DNA of 63,527 bases, filler included, from Klebsormidium nitens (taxonomy: Eukaryota; Plantae; Klebsormidiophyceae), in assembly GCA_000708835.1 (NCBI GenBank). It is 4 parts of 4 records of this genome, joined end to end, with 100 filler letters (N's around TTAATTAATTAA, not from the genome) between each part and the next. Parts side by side here need not be neighbours in the genome. Positions count along the whole stretch, not along the records: positions 1 to 25,098 come from DF237860.1; 3 more parts are not named here. One strand, given 5' to 3'. How positions within the stretch are numbered: position 1 is the stretch's first letter; every line of letters starts with the position of its first letter. Below are positions 1 through 12,210 of this stretch, piece by piece. The notes under the pieces were generated by a model that worked only from the letters and a program-made list of their open reading frames with translations, searched no databases and was not told the origin of the DNA. A program made the translations under genes and the position numbers.

Positions 1-102
1 TGCAATAGGCGTTTTGGATGGTCCAAATGACCGAGCAACCTCGACTATGAATGTTGAGTTGAACAAATTGTTTGTCGACAAGGACGTTAAAGAAGTTCTG
101 AT

Positions 103-1741
103 TCAGGTCCGCCGCACTACACGATCCTTCTGCACTACCGTTTCCCAAATTTCCTCTACGTAAAGTTTGAAGGCGCTCAAAGACTTGTGCCTCGTCTTTT
201 CCATCAGCTCGCAAATACTATAATTGAAATTCAGAGCCTCGTGCTGGATAGAGGAACGCCGAAAGCTATGTAACGTCTCCCCTTCGAATAGGCCTGCAGT
301 TCGCAGATGCTTTTGCAATCTCTTGCGCAGAGTGCTCGAACTTATAGGACCTGGTGCATAACCTTTCCTGTCGCGAGTGTCACGCCAGATTGGCTCCTTG
401 CCATAGCGTGTCCTGAGCGCGCGCGTGCGCGCATCGCGCCGCCGCCACAGGCTCATAGCCTATGCACGGCCATAGCCTATTCATGTTNNNNNNNNNNNNN
501 NNNNNNNNNNNNNNNNNNNNNNNNNNNNNNNNNNNNNNNNNNNNNNNNNNNNNNNNNNNNNNNNNNNNNNNNNNNNNNNNNNNNNNNNNNNNNNNNNNNN
601 NNNNNNNNNNNNNNNNNNNNNNNNNNNNNNNNNNNNNNNNNNNNNNNNNNNNNNNNNNNNNNNNNNNNNNNNNNNNNNNNNNNNNNNNNNNNNNNNNNNN
701 NNNNNNNNNNNNNNNNNNNNNNNNNNNNNNNNNNNNNNNNNNNNNNNNNNNNNNNNNNNNNNNNNNNNNNNNNNNNNNNNNNNNNNNNNNNNNNNNNNNN
801 NNNNNNNNNNNNNNNNNNNNNNNNNNNNNNNNNNNNNNNNNNNNAGTCATGCACCGGAATAAGCAGCCATTCTCCTCTAAGTCGTAACCTAACTGCTTGA
901 GGGCGACAATCAGCTGAGCACTCGCCTCCAGGAAGGACAAACGGACGGAACTCTCAGGGGCGCTGAGCGGAATCCGTGCTGACGGCTCTTGTCGCACGGT
1001 CTTCGACCAACCAGGAAGAGCCACCCCCTCGCCCCTCTCAACCTGCCTGTGCAGCAGCTCTCTGCATTCCTTGCCGCGCGCGCGGGACTCCCAAAGATAC
1101 AAGAACGCTGCGCGATCCATTAAGAGATTGCACTGTTCGAGCCCAGAGCTGCGTGCCACACCCTCGCTAAGAAACGCCAGCAAACGGTCTAGCTTCTGTT
1201 CAGAGAACACCTTCGCTCGTTTCTCTCTTACCCCCGCATCGTGCAGCAAGACAGTGTAACCGTCCCGATACGACTTAACGAGTTCTGATCGGCCGGGATT
1301 GGCTGCCCCATCGAAGCCCATCAGAGTGTAACTACGCGAGATGTGACTGATGGCGTTCTTGACGGCGCTCGCTGAGAGAACGTGCTCCCCGCTGTTTGGG
1401 ATCACAGTACGACTCTCCCCCTTATGTTTGGGGATGTACTCCGAGTGAATGAACGTCGCAATATCAGCAGGACTGGCGGTTTCGACGGAGACCCCGTAAG
1501 CATTCTTGGTCAGAAAGTTGCTCAACTCGTCGAACACCCGTTTTCTACCTGAGACGTTTTCTGCGGTAGTGGCTCGATCCGCTATCGCCACGATTTCGGA
1601 CAGAGAACGCTCATAATGGACCAAGGTCTCAGTCTCGGACCACCTCGCCTGATTTGACGGTGCAGAACCGGATAAAAGCCCGCGAGCTTCCAGGATGTGA
1701 TTGTGGCAGACGGTTTGGAAAGCAGCCCTGCAGAAACACAA
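103..1741 (-). mobile_element. Tyrosine recombinase of DIRS/Crypton type, interrupted by an insertion and an N gap
   Basis: Two ORF pieces (380-1741 and 103-456) together give the catalytic set: R (WESRARGKEC), K (WSKTVR), HxxR (TLHSFRR), H (RHKS) and Y (FKLYV). The N-terminal helical part (ETASPADIATFI...NPGRSELVKSY) resembles the N-terminal domain of DIRS-type recombinases. Confidence 0.85.
379..844. mobile_element. Short insertion (MITE-like, mostly unsequenced) in the recombinase gene
   Basis: The coding sequence CLFRCMT (845 and above) resumes as TRDRKG (378 and below). AGT occurs at both 376-378 and 845-847. The sequenced part has a repeated CATAGCCTAT motif; 488-844 is N. Confidence 0.55.
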
Positions 1742-2271
1742 AAACGGATGAGTTATTTGTCAATAAAGTTTGTCTTGGTGACAATTGTATTTTTGGGCGA
1801 GAAGTGCGGCCTCAGGGGAGCGAATCCTGACCGTCTTTGCCCCAAACCATCCATCCATCTAACGTTGGACATTTCACAGAACCGTGTGCCTGCCAGACCA
1901 TTCCTTCGGGAATAGCCTAAGGAATGCGGGCCTGCCACACGATCTGAGGGCGACCGTCTGCTCTTGTCGAAGTTTAAAGGCACCAAATTGCCCTGCAGAC
2001 TAAACCCCTAACCCCGGCCGACTGCCGCGGCCGCCTAAACCTCGCTGCCGGGATTTAGCGCGTTCGAATTCAAAGCAAACTTGCTGACGAGGCCTCGCCG
2101 CGTCTGAACTGCTGAGCAGAATCAGCTTGAAGTGCTGAACAAACCCCGAGTGTGATTCTTTCAAGTCTTCATTCCCAAATTACCTAAGCGCCAGCAGCGG
2201 CGCGTCTTGGCGCTGCTGATCAGGCGCCATTTCTTTCTTCCCGCCCACCTCCCTTGTCACACTCCAAGAAA

Positions 2272-2871
2272 NNNNNNNNNNNNNNNNNNNNNNNNNNNNN
2301 NNNNNNNNNNNNNNNNNNNNNNNNNNNNNNNNNNNNNNNNNNNNNNNNNNNNNNNNNNNNNNNNNNNNNNNNNNNNNNNNNNNNNNNNNNNNNNNNNNNN
2401 NNNNNNNNNNNNNNNNNNNNNNNNNNNNNNNNNNNNNNNNNNNNNNNNNNNNNNNNNNNNNNNNNNNNNNNNNNNNNNNNNNNNNNNNNNNNNNNNNNNN
2501 NNNNNNNNNNNNNNNNNNNNNNNNNNNNNNNNNNNNNNNNNNNNNNNNNNNNNNNNNNNNNNNNNNNNNNNNNNNNNNNNNNNNNNNNNNNNNNNNNNNN
2601 NNNNNNNNNNNNNNNNNNNNNNNNNNNNNNNNNNNNNNNNNNNNNNNNNNNNNNNNNNNNNNNNNNNNNNNNNNNNNNNNNNNNNNNNNNNNNNNNNNNN
2701 NNNNNNNNNNNNNNNNNNNNNNNNNNNNNNNNNNNNNNNNNNNNNNNNNNNNNNNNNNNNNNNNNNNNNNNNNNNNNNNNNNNNNNNNNNNNNNNNNNNN
2801 NNNNNNNNNNNNNNNNNNNNNNNNNNNNNNNNNNNNNNNNNNNNNNNNNNNNNNNNNNNNNNNNNNNNNNN
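2272..2871. other. Assembly gap (N run)
   Basis: Run of N. Confidence 0.99.
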
Positions 2872-3222
2872 AATAATTATTTATTTATTCGGAATCATAC
2901 CTTGGTAGTACGGTATACCGCCGCGCACGAAAAGTGACGGCCGCGCCCGGGCTGGTACCATCCGCTGCCATTCTGCGCCCGGTACCGTCCAAACAAAACT
3001 CTTCGCTGATACTGACAGCCCGGCCCAGGTGATCCAGGGCCCAGGCCGGCTGAGCCAATCCACAACAGAATTTTGCGCATGGTTTCCCTCAACATGCAAT
3101 CTTTAAAATTGTGGTGGAGAGATTGTTCATTGAGCTTGGTGGAGCTCGAAGCCTTGCAGCTTGGTTCGGAATGCACAGGACAACGTTATTTTGCCTGAAG
3201 AGTTTGTGGCAGACTTGGCAAC

Positions 3223-6200
3223 ATGGCGCTGATGACATCTTCGCTGGATATGTTTGTGGTGTGTGTTTTGTTTGGAGTGCGGGTCGAGTCCCGTCTGCTT
3301 AACGCAAATGGGACGGTGGATGCTGAGGAGATCTACACTGTTTGCACCGCCAACTTCCCTCCCTACGTGGCATGCATTGAGGGGGACTCGAGCCCCACAA
3401 ATTTTTCTGGTGAGCAACATGAGCCTGGACAGCCTGTCTTCGAGAGTCTTCGAAAAGAATAGCGAGTGGCTGTGTACACATCGTCAGCCATCAATTTGAG
3501 CAGCTGTAATCTGCATGCTGACTGGCAGCCAGACGTTAAGCGGAGACGGAGGGGCAATGCTGTGGAAAACAGTACGCTTTTGGGGTTAAATTCAAATGCT
3601 TCTGGGTTAGACCAATATTAGCAGATTCCTCACTGCGTCGTGGATGGCTATAAGCTCCACGATCTTAGCCCTTAGGTGTTCGTGCATTCAGTCGCTTAGG
3701 ATCGGCTGACCCTTCAATAATGGATCGACTGCCTGTGCGCGCAGTGTTATGAAGGTTCCACTAACAAATCATCATTTTGAGTCTGTTTACGACGACGCTT
3801 TTCCAATCAAGATCAAACCTGTGTCCAATGCTGCCCATTAGAATCACAGTAATATAACTACATGGCCATGATTGGTCAAATGCTGATCCGAAGCAGAGCC
3901 CACAAAGCTTGCAACTCAAATCGGTACCGGACAGTGCAAGCAGGGAGGAACGAGTCCAGCATTCACCTGAAAAAGGGGATTTGATCAAATCGCTACGTAT
4001 CTTATCGATGTTAAAAATCTTCAGAGCACCCATCTTCTTATAGAAAAAACTTCTGATATGGAAACAGTATCAAAGCAATTTGAGATAGGGCTTGAAACCT
4101 GCTTCTGATCTTCAATCTTGGCCACCACTGTAGTTTTGCAGCAATCATACTTGTCGTCCACCTCAGATATTCTATTGTCTCTACTATTTTCTAGGAATCT
4201 GCGCAAGTAAATCAATGCAACACTAACCAGCCACATTTGACCTGCTTATCATTGGCACCGCACGTGACTACAGGGAGCAAGAAGCTTACCCAAAGCTCTC
4301 ACATACCGGCATCTTGAAACACTAAAGAGAACTCTTGCAGTAAGTTTGAACCATGTTGTGCAGGCTATTCCACGGAAATGTTTAAGCGTGCGGCGAGCAA
4401 GCTAGGTTGGAAGGCCAAGAACTATCGGCTTCTTTGTCTTCCCTTCAATGACTTGGTCAATGACTTGACGGACCCCGATGGCACATGCGACATGGCGACA
4501 GCTGCCATGACGGTAGGCTATGGCTGTCAACATAGCTTATATCCCTTTGCAGCCTTGCATCCCCTTCTGTTCCTTCACGCCAATCTTGCAAACAAAGCCC
4601 TAGTCCCACAATAGAGTCTGCGTGGCTTTCTGAATCAAGACACTCAAAACAGCCCCTGCTTAATGTAACGTTTGAACAAGCAGTGGTTTGCTTGCAAGCA
4701 ATAATATAGTGGACCATCAAGGATGCATAAACATGGTTCTGCAACTTGACTATATGGCCGGCTGCAGAGAAAAGAGGGGAGGAGCAAAGACAGCTGTGAT
4801 GTAGAAAGGCTCTGGTATGCTACATCATGCTAGGCCTGCATTTGATAAGACTTTGCTAAATGTTGACTGCCTTCCTTATCCATTTCAAAATGCTCTGTGA
4901 TGTCCAGGTCCAACTTGAAAGTATTGAAAAAGGGATCCAGTTTGCATACCCAGACTACCACACAGGTCAGGGGCTGATGGTAAGGGGCTCTGGCTGTTTG
5001 GTGCAGATGTTTACTGGCTTATTGTGATTCTTGTCAAAAGGAAAGGTTTCCCTGATTTTCTGCTGCAAAACAGGAGAAATCTGCAACTTTACGAATTTGT
5101 GTCCCAGCACCCGCTCCTACGCAAAAGAATCGCCTTGAGAAAGATGCGATACAATTGGTCTGCGTAGCGCACGGCAGCTGAGTGTTGCCACCATGTTTCT
5201 GGCGCTGCCACAGGTTTATACCAGTGGGGTCAAGACCAACAGGTGGCTGTTCCTGAAACCTTTCAGCTGGGTAGTCTGGTTGTTCCTATTTCTCGCTGGT
5301 AAGCCCACAACCCAGACCTTGAGCTGCTGGGTTGTGGAACCTGAGGCAACTGGGAGACTGGCATTCTATGTATATATGCAATCTCTCTGCAAGACCAAGA
5401 AAACCATCCTGCTGCGGGGCATTCTGTTCGCTGGACAATCTCTCCAAAAAACGTGCGCGTCTCTACTGCGGCAGCGCTTGCGGTGGGGGTATCGGCACGT
5501 GTGGTGGAGATAATAGCAAAACCGAAGGCAGCAGAGCCATCAGAGGGCAAAGAAGACGAGAAAGCGGGCGTTGGAGAGCTTGTCTGGTCTGGTGAGTCTG
5601 ACTCTTCTTACCCAAACGATCCCAGCAGCGGAGTTGGTTAAACAAGCAGCCCAATACGATCTGAGTCAGATTCCTGGTAGACTCGTTACTGGACTCGCCC
5701 AGCCACGGTTTAGGCATAGGTGAAAAGCTGCCAGCTGATAAGCGGCCAGAGCACATGCCCCAGGACGACAAACACTTGGGTTCAGAACCATTCGTTTCCC
5801 AATTGACGTTCAAAAACATATGGCATGGGGGCATCCAGTAATGAGCCAATTCGGTGCGACATGGTATTGAGACGCTTCCAAGCTATTCTGACGTTGTCGA
5901 AAAAGTCGCTTCAATGCTCCTGCCACATGAGCAGTGCTAATTGCCAGTACTACGACAATATATACTGTTTGTGAGATGCCCTTTCTGCCGCTGCCTGCAG
6001 CGGGCGCGCAGATCGTGAATGCGGCCGAACCAATGCAAGCCTTCTCTATTCCGTCCCGGATCATCATCTTCGTTTGGGCGTTTCTCATCCTCCTATTAGT
6101 GGCGATGTACACCGGAAACGCCGCGGCAATCCTGACGGCTTCAGCGGTCGACGTCAGCATCCAGTGTGAGCATAAGAACCCGTTTGATGCTTTCAGAAGA

Positions 6201-9200
6201 GATGACTGCAAATTTGAAAAGGCTCGGTGGAGACTACTTGAGAACCAGTTGCTACGCCCAAGGAGTCGGGCTGATCTAGATGACAGATCCAGCGCTTTGC
6301 TGATCTTGACTCAGAGGGCAGCCTCAAGAGCGTCGGGAAGGGACAATTTAGATTTCAAGGTACGAAATGAATTGAGTACGATCTCAAGACCGGTCTTGAA
6401 ACGATCGAGGAATCAACTCGTAAGTAGGTAGGAGTGATGCGTCGAGGGCTTGGAACGCTATGGCATGACTCGGTAGGACGAAAAGCTCTGAAAATAGACC
6501 GTAGGTTGACGTTCCTCTTTTCAGCGTTTTAAAAACCCTGAACTTATTCTGTCGGTTTTGGTCCTCGAAAGCCTTGTTTCCACTGTAAGTCGTCCACGGA
6601 ATCCCTCTGATGGTGCTTCTTTGGACCGGAACAATGCGCTGATGCAGCGGCCGAATTTGCACCGCAAACGCTTGGCACTGTTTGGACATCCTCTTGTTAT
6701 CAAGGGAGAATTGCGCTAGCTGGTTAGCGGGTGTTTACATCGTTGTTCGACCAGCCTTTCTCGCGGTGAAAGGGCCTCTCAACGTGCCAGATCAGGCTTG
6801 GTTAGGTGGGAATCTTGGCGTGGTTCAGAAAAGATAGCCTGCTGGATCTATCTGAGATTGACGGGCGCTGGGGCTCTGATTGTCACTTGTGGATGCTGTC
6901 CTTGCTGTGCAGCTATTGACGATCTCCAGGGGAAGAACTGGGGAGCCTACCAATTCACGATTGAAATCATGCACCTTAACGGGTGGAACCCCACAGTTTT
7001 ATATGACCCGTGAGTGTGGGCGCGCTCCAACGATCGTCCGAGTCTTTGTCACGGAAAAAACCCTAGGTGACGTCACTTGATGCTAACATGCAGAGTGCAT
7101 GTGACGTTACCGCTTGTCGCAGCTAGAGCGCCTTCAATCCAGGAATCTGAATAGTGCTGTGACTCGTTTGATCGCATTTCCGTGAGTGGAGAGTCGGCAG
7201 AGCTCATCTTCTGAGTGTCATCTTCTAAGTGCTCTTGGTGGCACAACTTTACGTTATGTCCGTCGCTTCTGCCTTGACGAAAACCTCTGCTTTGCAATCC
7301 AAAAGAGTCACGGCTCTGGATGTGTCGGACATAGGGCTGTAAACGACCGCTTCTCAACGCCTCTTCTGGTGCAAAATGGTTTCTCTGTCAATTCAAGCCG
7401 CCGCTGGACAAGTACTTCGCTCGAGAGTTCCGCGCGTCGTCATGCCTGAACGCCACGTGTCACATCTGCAATCTGTGCAACAGGCAAACCGTGGCCGAGA
7501 CGGACCACATGCTCGACCAGCTGGAGAGCGGGGTCATTGAGGGGCTCGTCTGGGACTGTGGATTCGTGGATTACATAACGGCCACCCGGTGCAACTTTTA
7601 CAAGGTACGGTACACAGCACACTATGTCCCGTTCAAGCTTGCTTGGTTAACGGGCAATCAACCAGCAGTTACCACGTACTTTTGGTGAAACAATGGAACC
7701 AGCCACTTAAAGCAGATTTGCTCAACGGGGTGGTTTCGGATTCCGGCCTCCACCGAGTCTGAGCAAGTTTGGTAACATGCAGAACGTCCCCGTGAAATTG
7801 CAGCCTGACATTTGGGGCTGTGGTTCAGTGATAAGCGTGATGGGAGGTCTTGTGATTGGTCGGAATGGTGACGCCCCTATGCATCGGGGACTCTTCGATC
7901 CTTTCTTGCTCAATGATTACGTAGCTTTAACGTGCTCGATCCACAATTATCGTCGTACCAGAACATCTGCTTCTCGACGATTCCGGCCCGCTTCGGAATC
8001 TTTGCATTATTTGTACTGTTCGTCAATTCCAAGACAAGATGATTGACGTTGCATAAGGATAAGCGGTCCTCTGTAACTACTGGCGCAGCGTACTGTGACG
8101 GCCAACAAAAGCCTTCGACGAATCCCTAATGCTTTTTGAACTCAACAGATTTGGTCCTTACCGAGTGTTGGATAACAGACATTCGACGAGACATCAGCCA
8201 CCGTTCTTCAGAAGGGCGGCGCCACTAAGCGGTTTGCTAACTCGACACTTTCGCTCTCTCTTCTCCGCAGGTCGGAGACTGCATCACGGAGGACAACCGC
8301 GCGATGGCGTTCTGGCAGAACGCCACAGCGTCCTTGGTCAACGCGTTCTCCACTGCGGTCCTGCAGCTCGAAGCGAGCTCGGAGCTGTCGCACATCCACG
8401 AGGTGTTCATCAAGCCGACGTCGACGATCTGCGAAAGCGAGGCGGCCGGCGATCAGCAGCAGGTCACGTTCAACCAGGTGAGGATTAATGGTCGCAAAAG
8501 CGTGTCAAACAGGCGGACCGCAGAACCACGGAATGGCTGGGGGACGACCACGAATCGCAGCGCTGCGTTCACATTTTGACGTGAAATGATCGCTCTAGAT
8601 CTTTCGTTTGCATTTGGTTAGGCAAGGTTTGTCTGAACCCCAGTATCGGAACCAGTCCTGCCAAAGTGTGCGACCCCCTGGATAAACTTCGCAGACTGGA
8701 GTCCTTAGGGTGAATCGGACGGTGGCGCTGCGGTTTTGACCATCGCACAGTTCTGCGGTCCGCCTGTCAGAGACCGAGTTCACAACGTTTCCATTTTAGG
8801 GAAGGGCTCGAAAGGTAAAGAATCCAAGAGATAGCATTGGAGAGAAGTGCTCAACGTCGCGCATGAGAGATGATCAGCAGCTGACTGCAGGTGTCAATCG
8901 ACCAGCGTAAAAGCTTCGAAGTGTTGCGGTCGAGAAGTGACACACAAGGGTTTGTTATGGGCTTGCTTTCATGCGGAGATTAAAACCTCTAAACATAATG
9001 TGATAAGCGGTGCAAGCGAACGGCAGCCCACAGCCGGCACTTTGTACGTACAAAAAAAGAAGCGCTATGCTTACGAAATTTTCATTGAGAGATGGTTGCG
9101 AGCTTGCTGTGCGCAGAATTGAGAAGTCTGTGCAATCCTGCGTGATCCGGCCCAGTTCATTCCAAACGATGGCTTGCAATCCTGGACCATCCTGACGTAC

Positions 9201-9661
9201 GAAAAACGTCGAGTTGTTTCGTTTAGGGCATTGAGCCCATAGCGCCTTCGCCTAGTGTCATTGTCAGTGGATGCAATAGCGGTGTCAAACCTCTACTTGA
9301 AGAAAGCCTACCTTCACCTGATTCTCGGTTTGTATGTTATTCCTTGAGGATGCACCAAATGAGCGGTCGAAAAGGTGCGGCAGAACAACGACAGTTTACG
9401 GCGCACATTGCCCCAAAGCTGGTGAATAGCAGTCTTATCGTCGTGTAACCTTCTGTGCAGGTTTCCGGCCTTTGGATTGTTCTCACGGCCACGATTGCTT
9501 GGTCGATGCTGATGGCCTTCGTAGCTCGCCACGTAAAGCTGACGCATCTGCACCGGCTGTACAAGAAAACTCTGTCCAGGGAAGTGGGCAAGGAGCTAGG
9601 AGAGATTGACTTGAAGCAAGCCACAGTGATTGACAACCCGGTCGCCTTCCACGGTCCCTGA
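3223..9661 (+). CDS. GLR: Glutamate receptor-like cation channel without amino-terminal domain, about 466 aa, 10 exons
   Basis: Exons 3223-3409, 4364-4512, 4908-4979, 5214-5298, 5475-5591, 6001-6165, 6913-7009, 7484-7604, 8271-8477 and 9461-9661. All introns are GT-AG, phases are consistent, total 1401 nt. Motifs: hydrophobic leader, S1 (GYSTEMF...), pre-M1 FLKPFSWVVW, M3 MYTGNAAAILT, S2 (SIDDLQGK...IEGLVWD), M4 VSGLWIVL. Confidence 0.92.
8509..8767. repeat. Inverted repeat pair in GLR intron 9
   Basis: ACAGGCGGACCGCAGAAC at 8509-8526 and its exact reverse complement at 8750-8767, with weaker flanking similarity. Confidence 0.75.
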
Positions 9662-11269
9662 AACTATCATGGCTTAACAGGGGCTCTGAGAACTGCGTAA
9701 CGTAAGGTATTGTAAAATATATCGGTGAATTTCAATTGTAATAACAAGTATGTTTGTGCGAGAAGATAAAATGACACTCAACATGAGGGACGGGATCGAC
9801 GCCTTCTTGGAGAGCGCTAGGTGGGCTCGGTCAATACAGTCAAACGAGAGTACTTCCAGCTGGTTCTTGTCGCGAAAAAAGTTCCCTGGTGTGGGTTGTC
9901 TTCGATTAGAAGGCAATCGACTGAGTTAAGTTAGGCACACGAGACAGAGCAGTCGACCGCATATTGTAAGAATTATTGAAGATATGTTGAAGCTTGAAGT
10001 CCTAACCTAATCAAAACGTCAGTTTTGAGGACGTCAGGACATGCTACAATACTAGAGCGGACTTGTGATACGACATACTGTTATTCACAGAATTGAGTAC
10101 CAGGACAACTATATGCGTGTCTGTAATGCATCTGTCCCTCGGCCCGGTAGCACTGTGGGAGGTGACAGTCATTCTGCTTGCATAAGCTTATAAAACTTGA
10201 CAGCTGCTTATTTGAGGACCAAGCTGCAGGCCGCACGGCCGCCCAGACCAAAATTGTCTTGGCGTGTTCAGATCAAGTGCATTGATGAATCTATTCTGCG
10301 AACGTGTTGGTTACGTCAAGAAACTGGCATTTATCCACCTCGAGTTGTCCATGTTGTGGTATAGAAAGCGCGCGGTCTTCGACGATTCTGAACTGTTGCG
10401 GCTCGATCTCGCAATGGTAAAAGCTATCTGAACCCCTCGTGAATCTTTCATTAGGCGCAGCCCGGCCACGGGCATTAATGAACACGTGCTGGCAGGTTTT
10501 GTCAGAGGAGCTGTTGCTGAATTCCGTGCTAGCTGCGCCTGCGTCGATCTCTCGGAGTCTGCATTTCGATTAGCGTTCGGAAGCTTTCATGCATTGATGT
10601 GCATGGTGTACGGTATTATACTTGCGTGGTCAGCCCAGTGCTCGTCGGACTCATCCGGAGTCCGACCAGTTCATGGCTTGACCATGCGAGTAACCGTCTG
10701 AGTTGCACATGCCATAGGTCGTCAATTGGGTTGCCAGCTGGTCCCTCTAAAAGACATACGCACGATGCGCAGGGTGAGGGTCCAGGGCGCGCGCCTGCGC
10801 GCGCATACATGCATCATGCATATGAAGACTAGCGCCGCGCTTGGTAGCTCTTGCCTGTCGGACTAAACCTGGTAATGGCCCATGGCCCACTATATGGTCG
10901 GTGGGAAAATCTACAGTATTTTGAAGGCCCACGTCGGTGGGCCCGGCCGCCAACGACTCAGAACTAGACGTATTTGCTGCATATTGCATGAAACTTGAAA
11001 GAGCACGCGGCAGCGCATGAGCTATAAGGCAGCGCGCCTGCTTCATGCGTGCAGGCCGCCCTGCTGAGGCCGCCGCGCGCGGGCCAGCCAAGCTAGTGGC
11101 GCCCTGATTATAGATCAAATATAATCAAATCATATATAAGGCATGTCGGATAGGCACGTGCACGTGCACGTGCATGCTGGTATGTACTAATTACTTTGTT
11201 GAGGTACGTGCCGGACCATCTCATAAGTTGCAATGTCGGATCTATGAAAGTTTGAATCTTTGGCCGCGC

Positions 11270-11490
11270 CCGAGCTACCACCAATTGTCCGGTTGGGCAG
11301 ATTTGCGCCCAATAATGAAATTCGTATCTCATGGATTTTGGGCAGCTTCATTTATCCATTTATTTTGTTTTTTCACGCGGGGCAAAATAATCTGCAAATC
11401 TGTATTTCGAATTTATTTTCAATTCAGATTTTTGGGCAATTGTCAACGAATATTTTATTGTTGCCCAACCGGACAATTGCGGTAGTTCCG
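11270..11490. mobile_element. MITE-like element with 18-bp perfect inverted repeats and AT-rich interior
   Basis: CAATTGTCCGGTTGGGCA at 11282-11299 and its reverse complement at 11462-11479. Imperfect extension (CTACC/GGTAG) outwards. Confidence 0.6.
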
Positions 11491-12210
11491 AGTCAGAGCC
11501 TGCTGTAGCTGACGCTTAATTGTCAACCTCTCCGTACAGTCTGAAATGACGTGCCAGATTGATCTCAACTTGGCAGTGGCAAGCCGATCGGGCAGCTAGT
11601 TCAATTCTTAGTTCAAGGCGGCCTCCCGGCCATCATTGTTGGCCGCGGAAGCGCGGCCATTTTCAACTTCCGAATCATTAAAACTTCCAGATGCATGGTA
11701 TTTAATAATTTTAGTGGGATTTCGCTGTATAAACCGTCGCCGGGTCGCGGAGTCCATTATACGGACTTTCACTGATATGCAATTACGATCTACGCTAACA
11801 AGTAGCTAGAAGCTGGTACGGGTCAGGCAAGCACTGGGGCTATGTAACACGAAGTTGTGTCGGTCCAGTGCAGGTCCGTAGGGCATGGCTGCCTGTGTAA
11901 TGTGGGCACTCCTGGCTGGGCCTTCGCAAACCATCCGGTACTTGACATCGAGAACATGCACAATAGCAAAAGAATAAATAGCCAGCTCGTGGGAGTATAC
12001 GTCCAAAGTCCCGAAAGTCAACAGGGGACATAGTACCTTACCAGACTGCGTGCACCTCTTTCTACCCTAACATTCATTTCCTCTCTGAAGCCGCCGCTTT
12101 TATAAAGCACCTAGCAGCAGCTTATTCTTGCAAAGTGTTTGACTCTATGCTGCACCTCGCGATACACCCCAGCGCACTGGAGTTGGTCTTACCTAGAACT
12201 CTGAGGAACG

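Noticed and set aside
2207-2937. Long ORFs spanning N runs (also 307-900, 462-887, 477-854)
   Set aside because: Artefacts of translating N as X.
6384-6399. 16-bp perfect palindrome in GLR intron 6
   Set aside because: Isolated, with no supporting structure; a single occurrence is weak evidence in 63 kb.
11155-11172. Three tandem CACGTG G-boxes
   Set aside because: Lies 3' of both neighbouring genes within a repeat-like stretch; best explained as a hexamer microsatellite.
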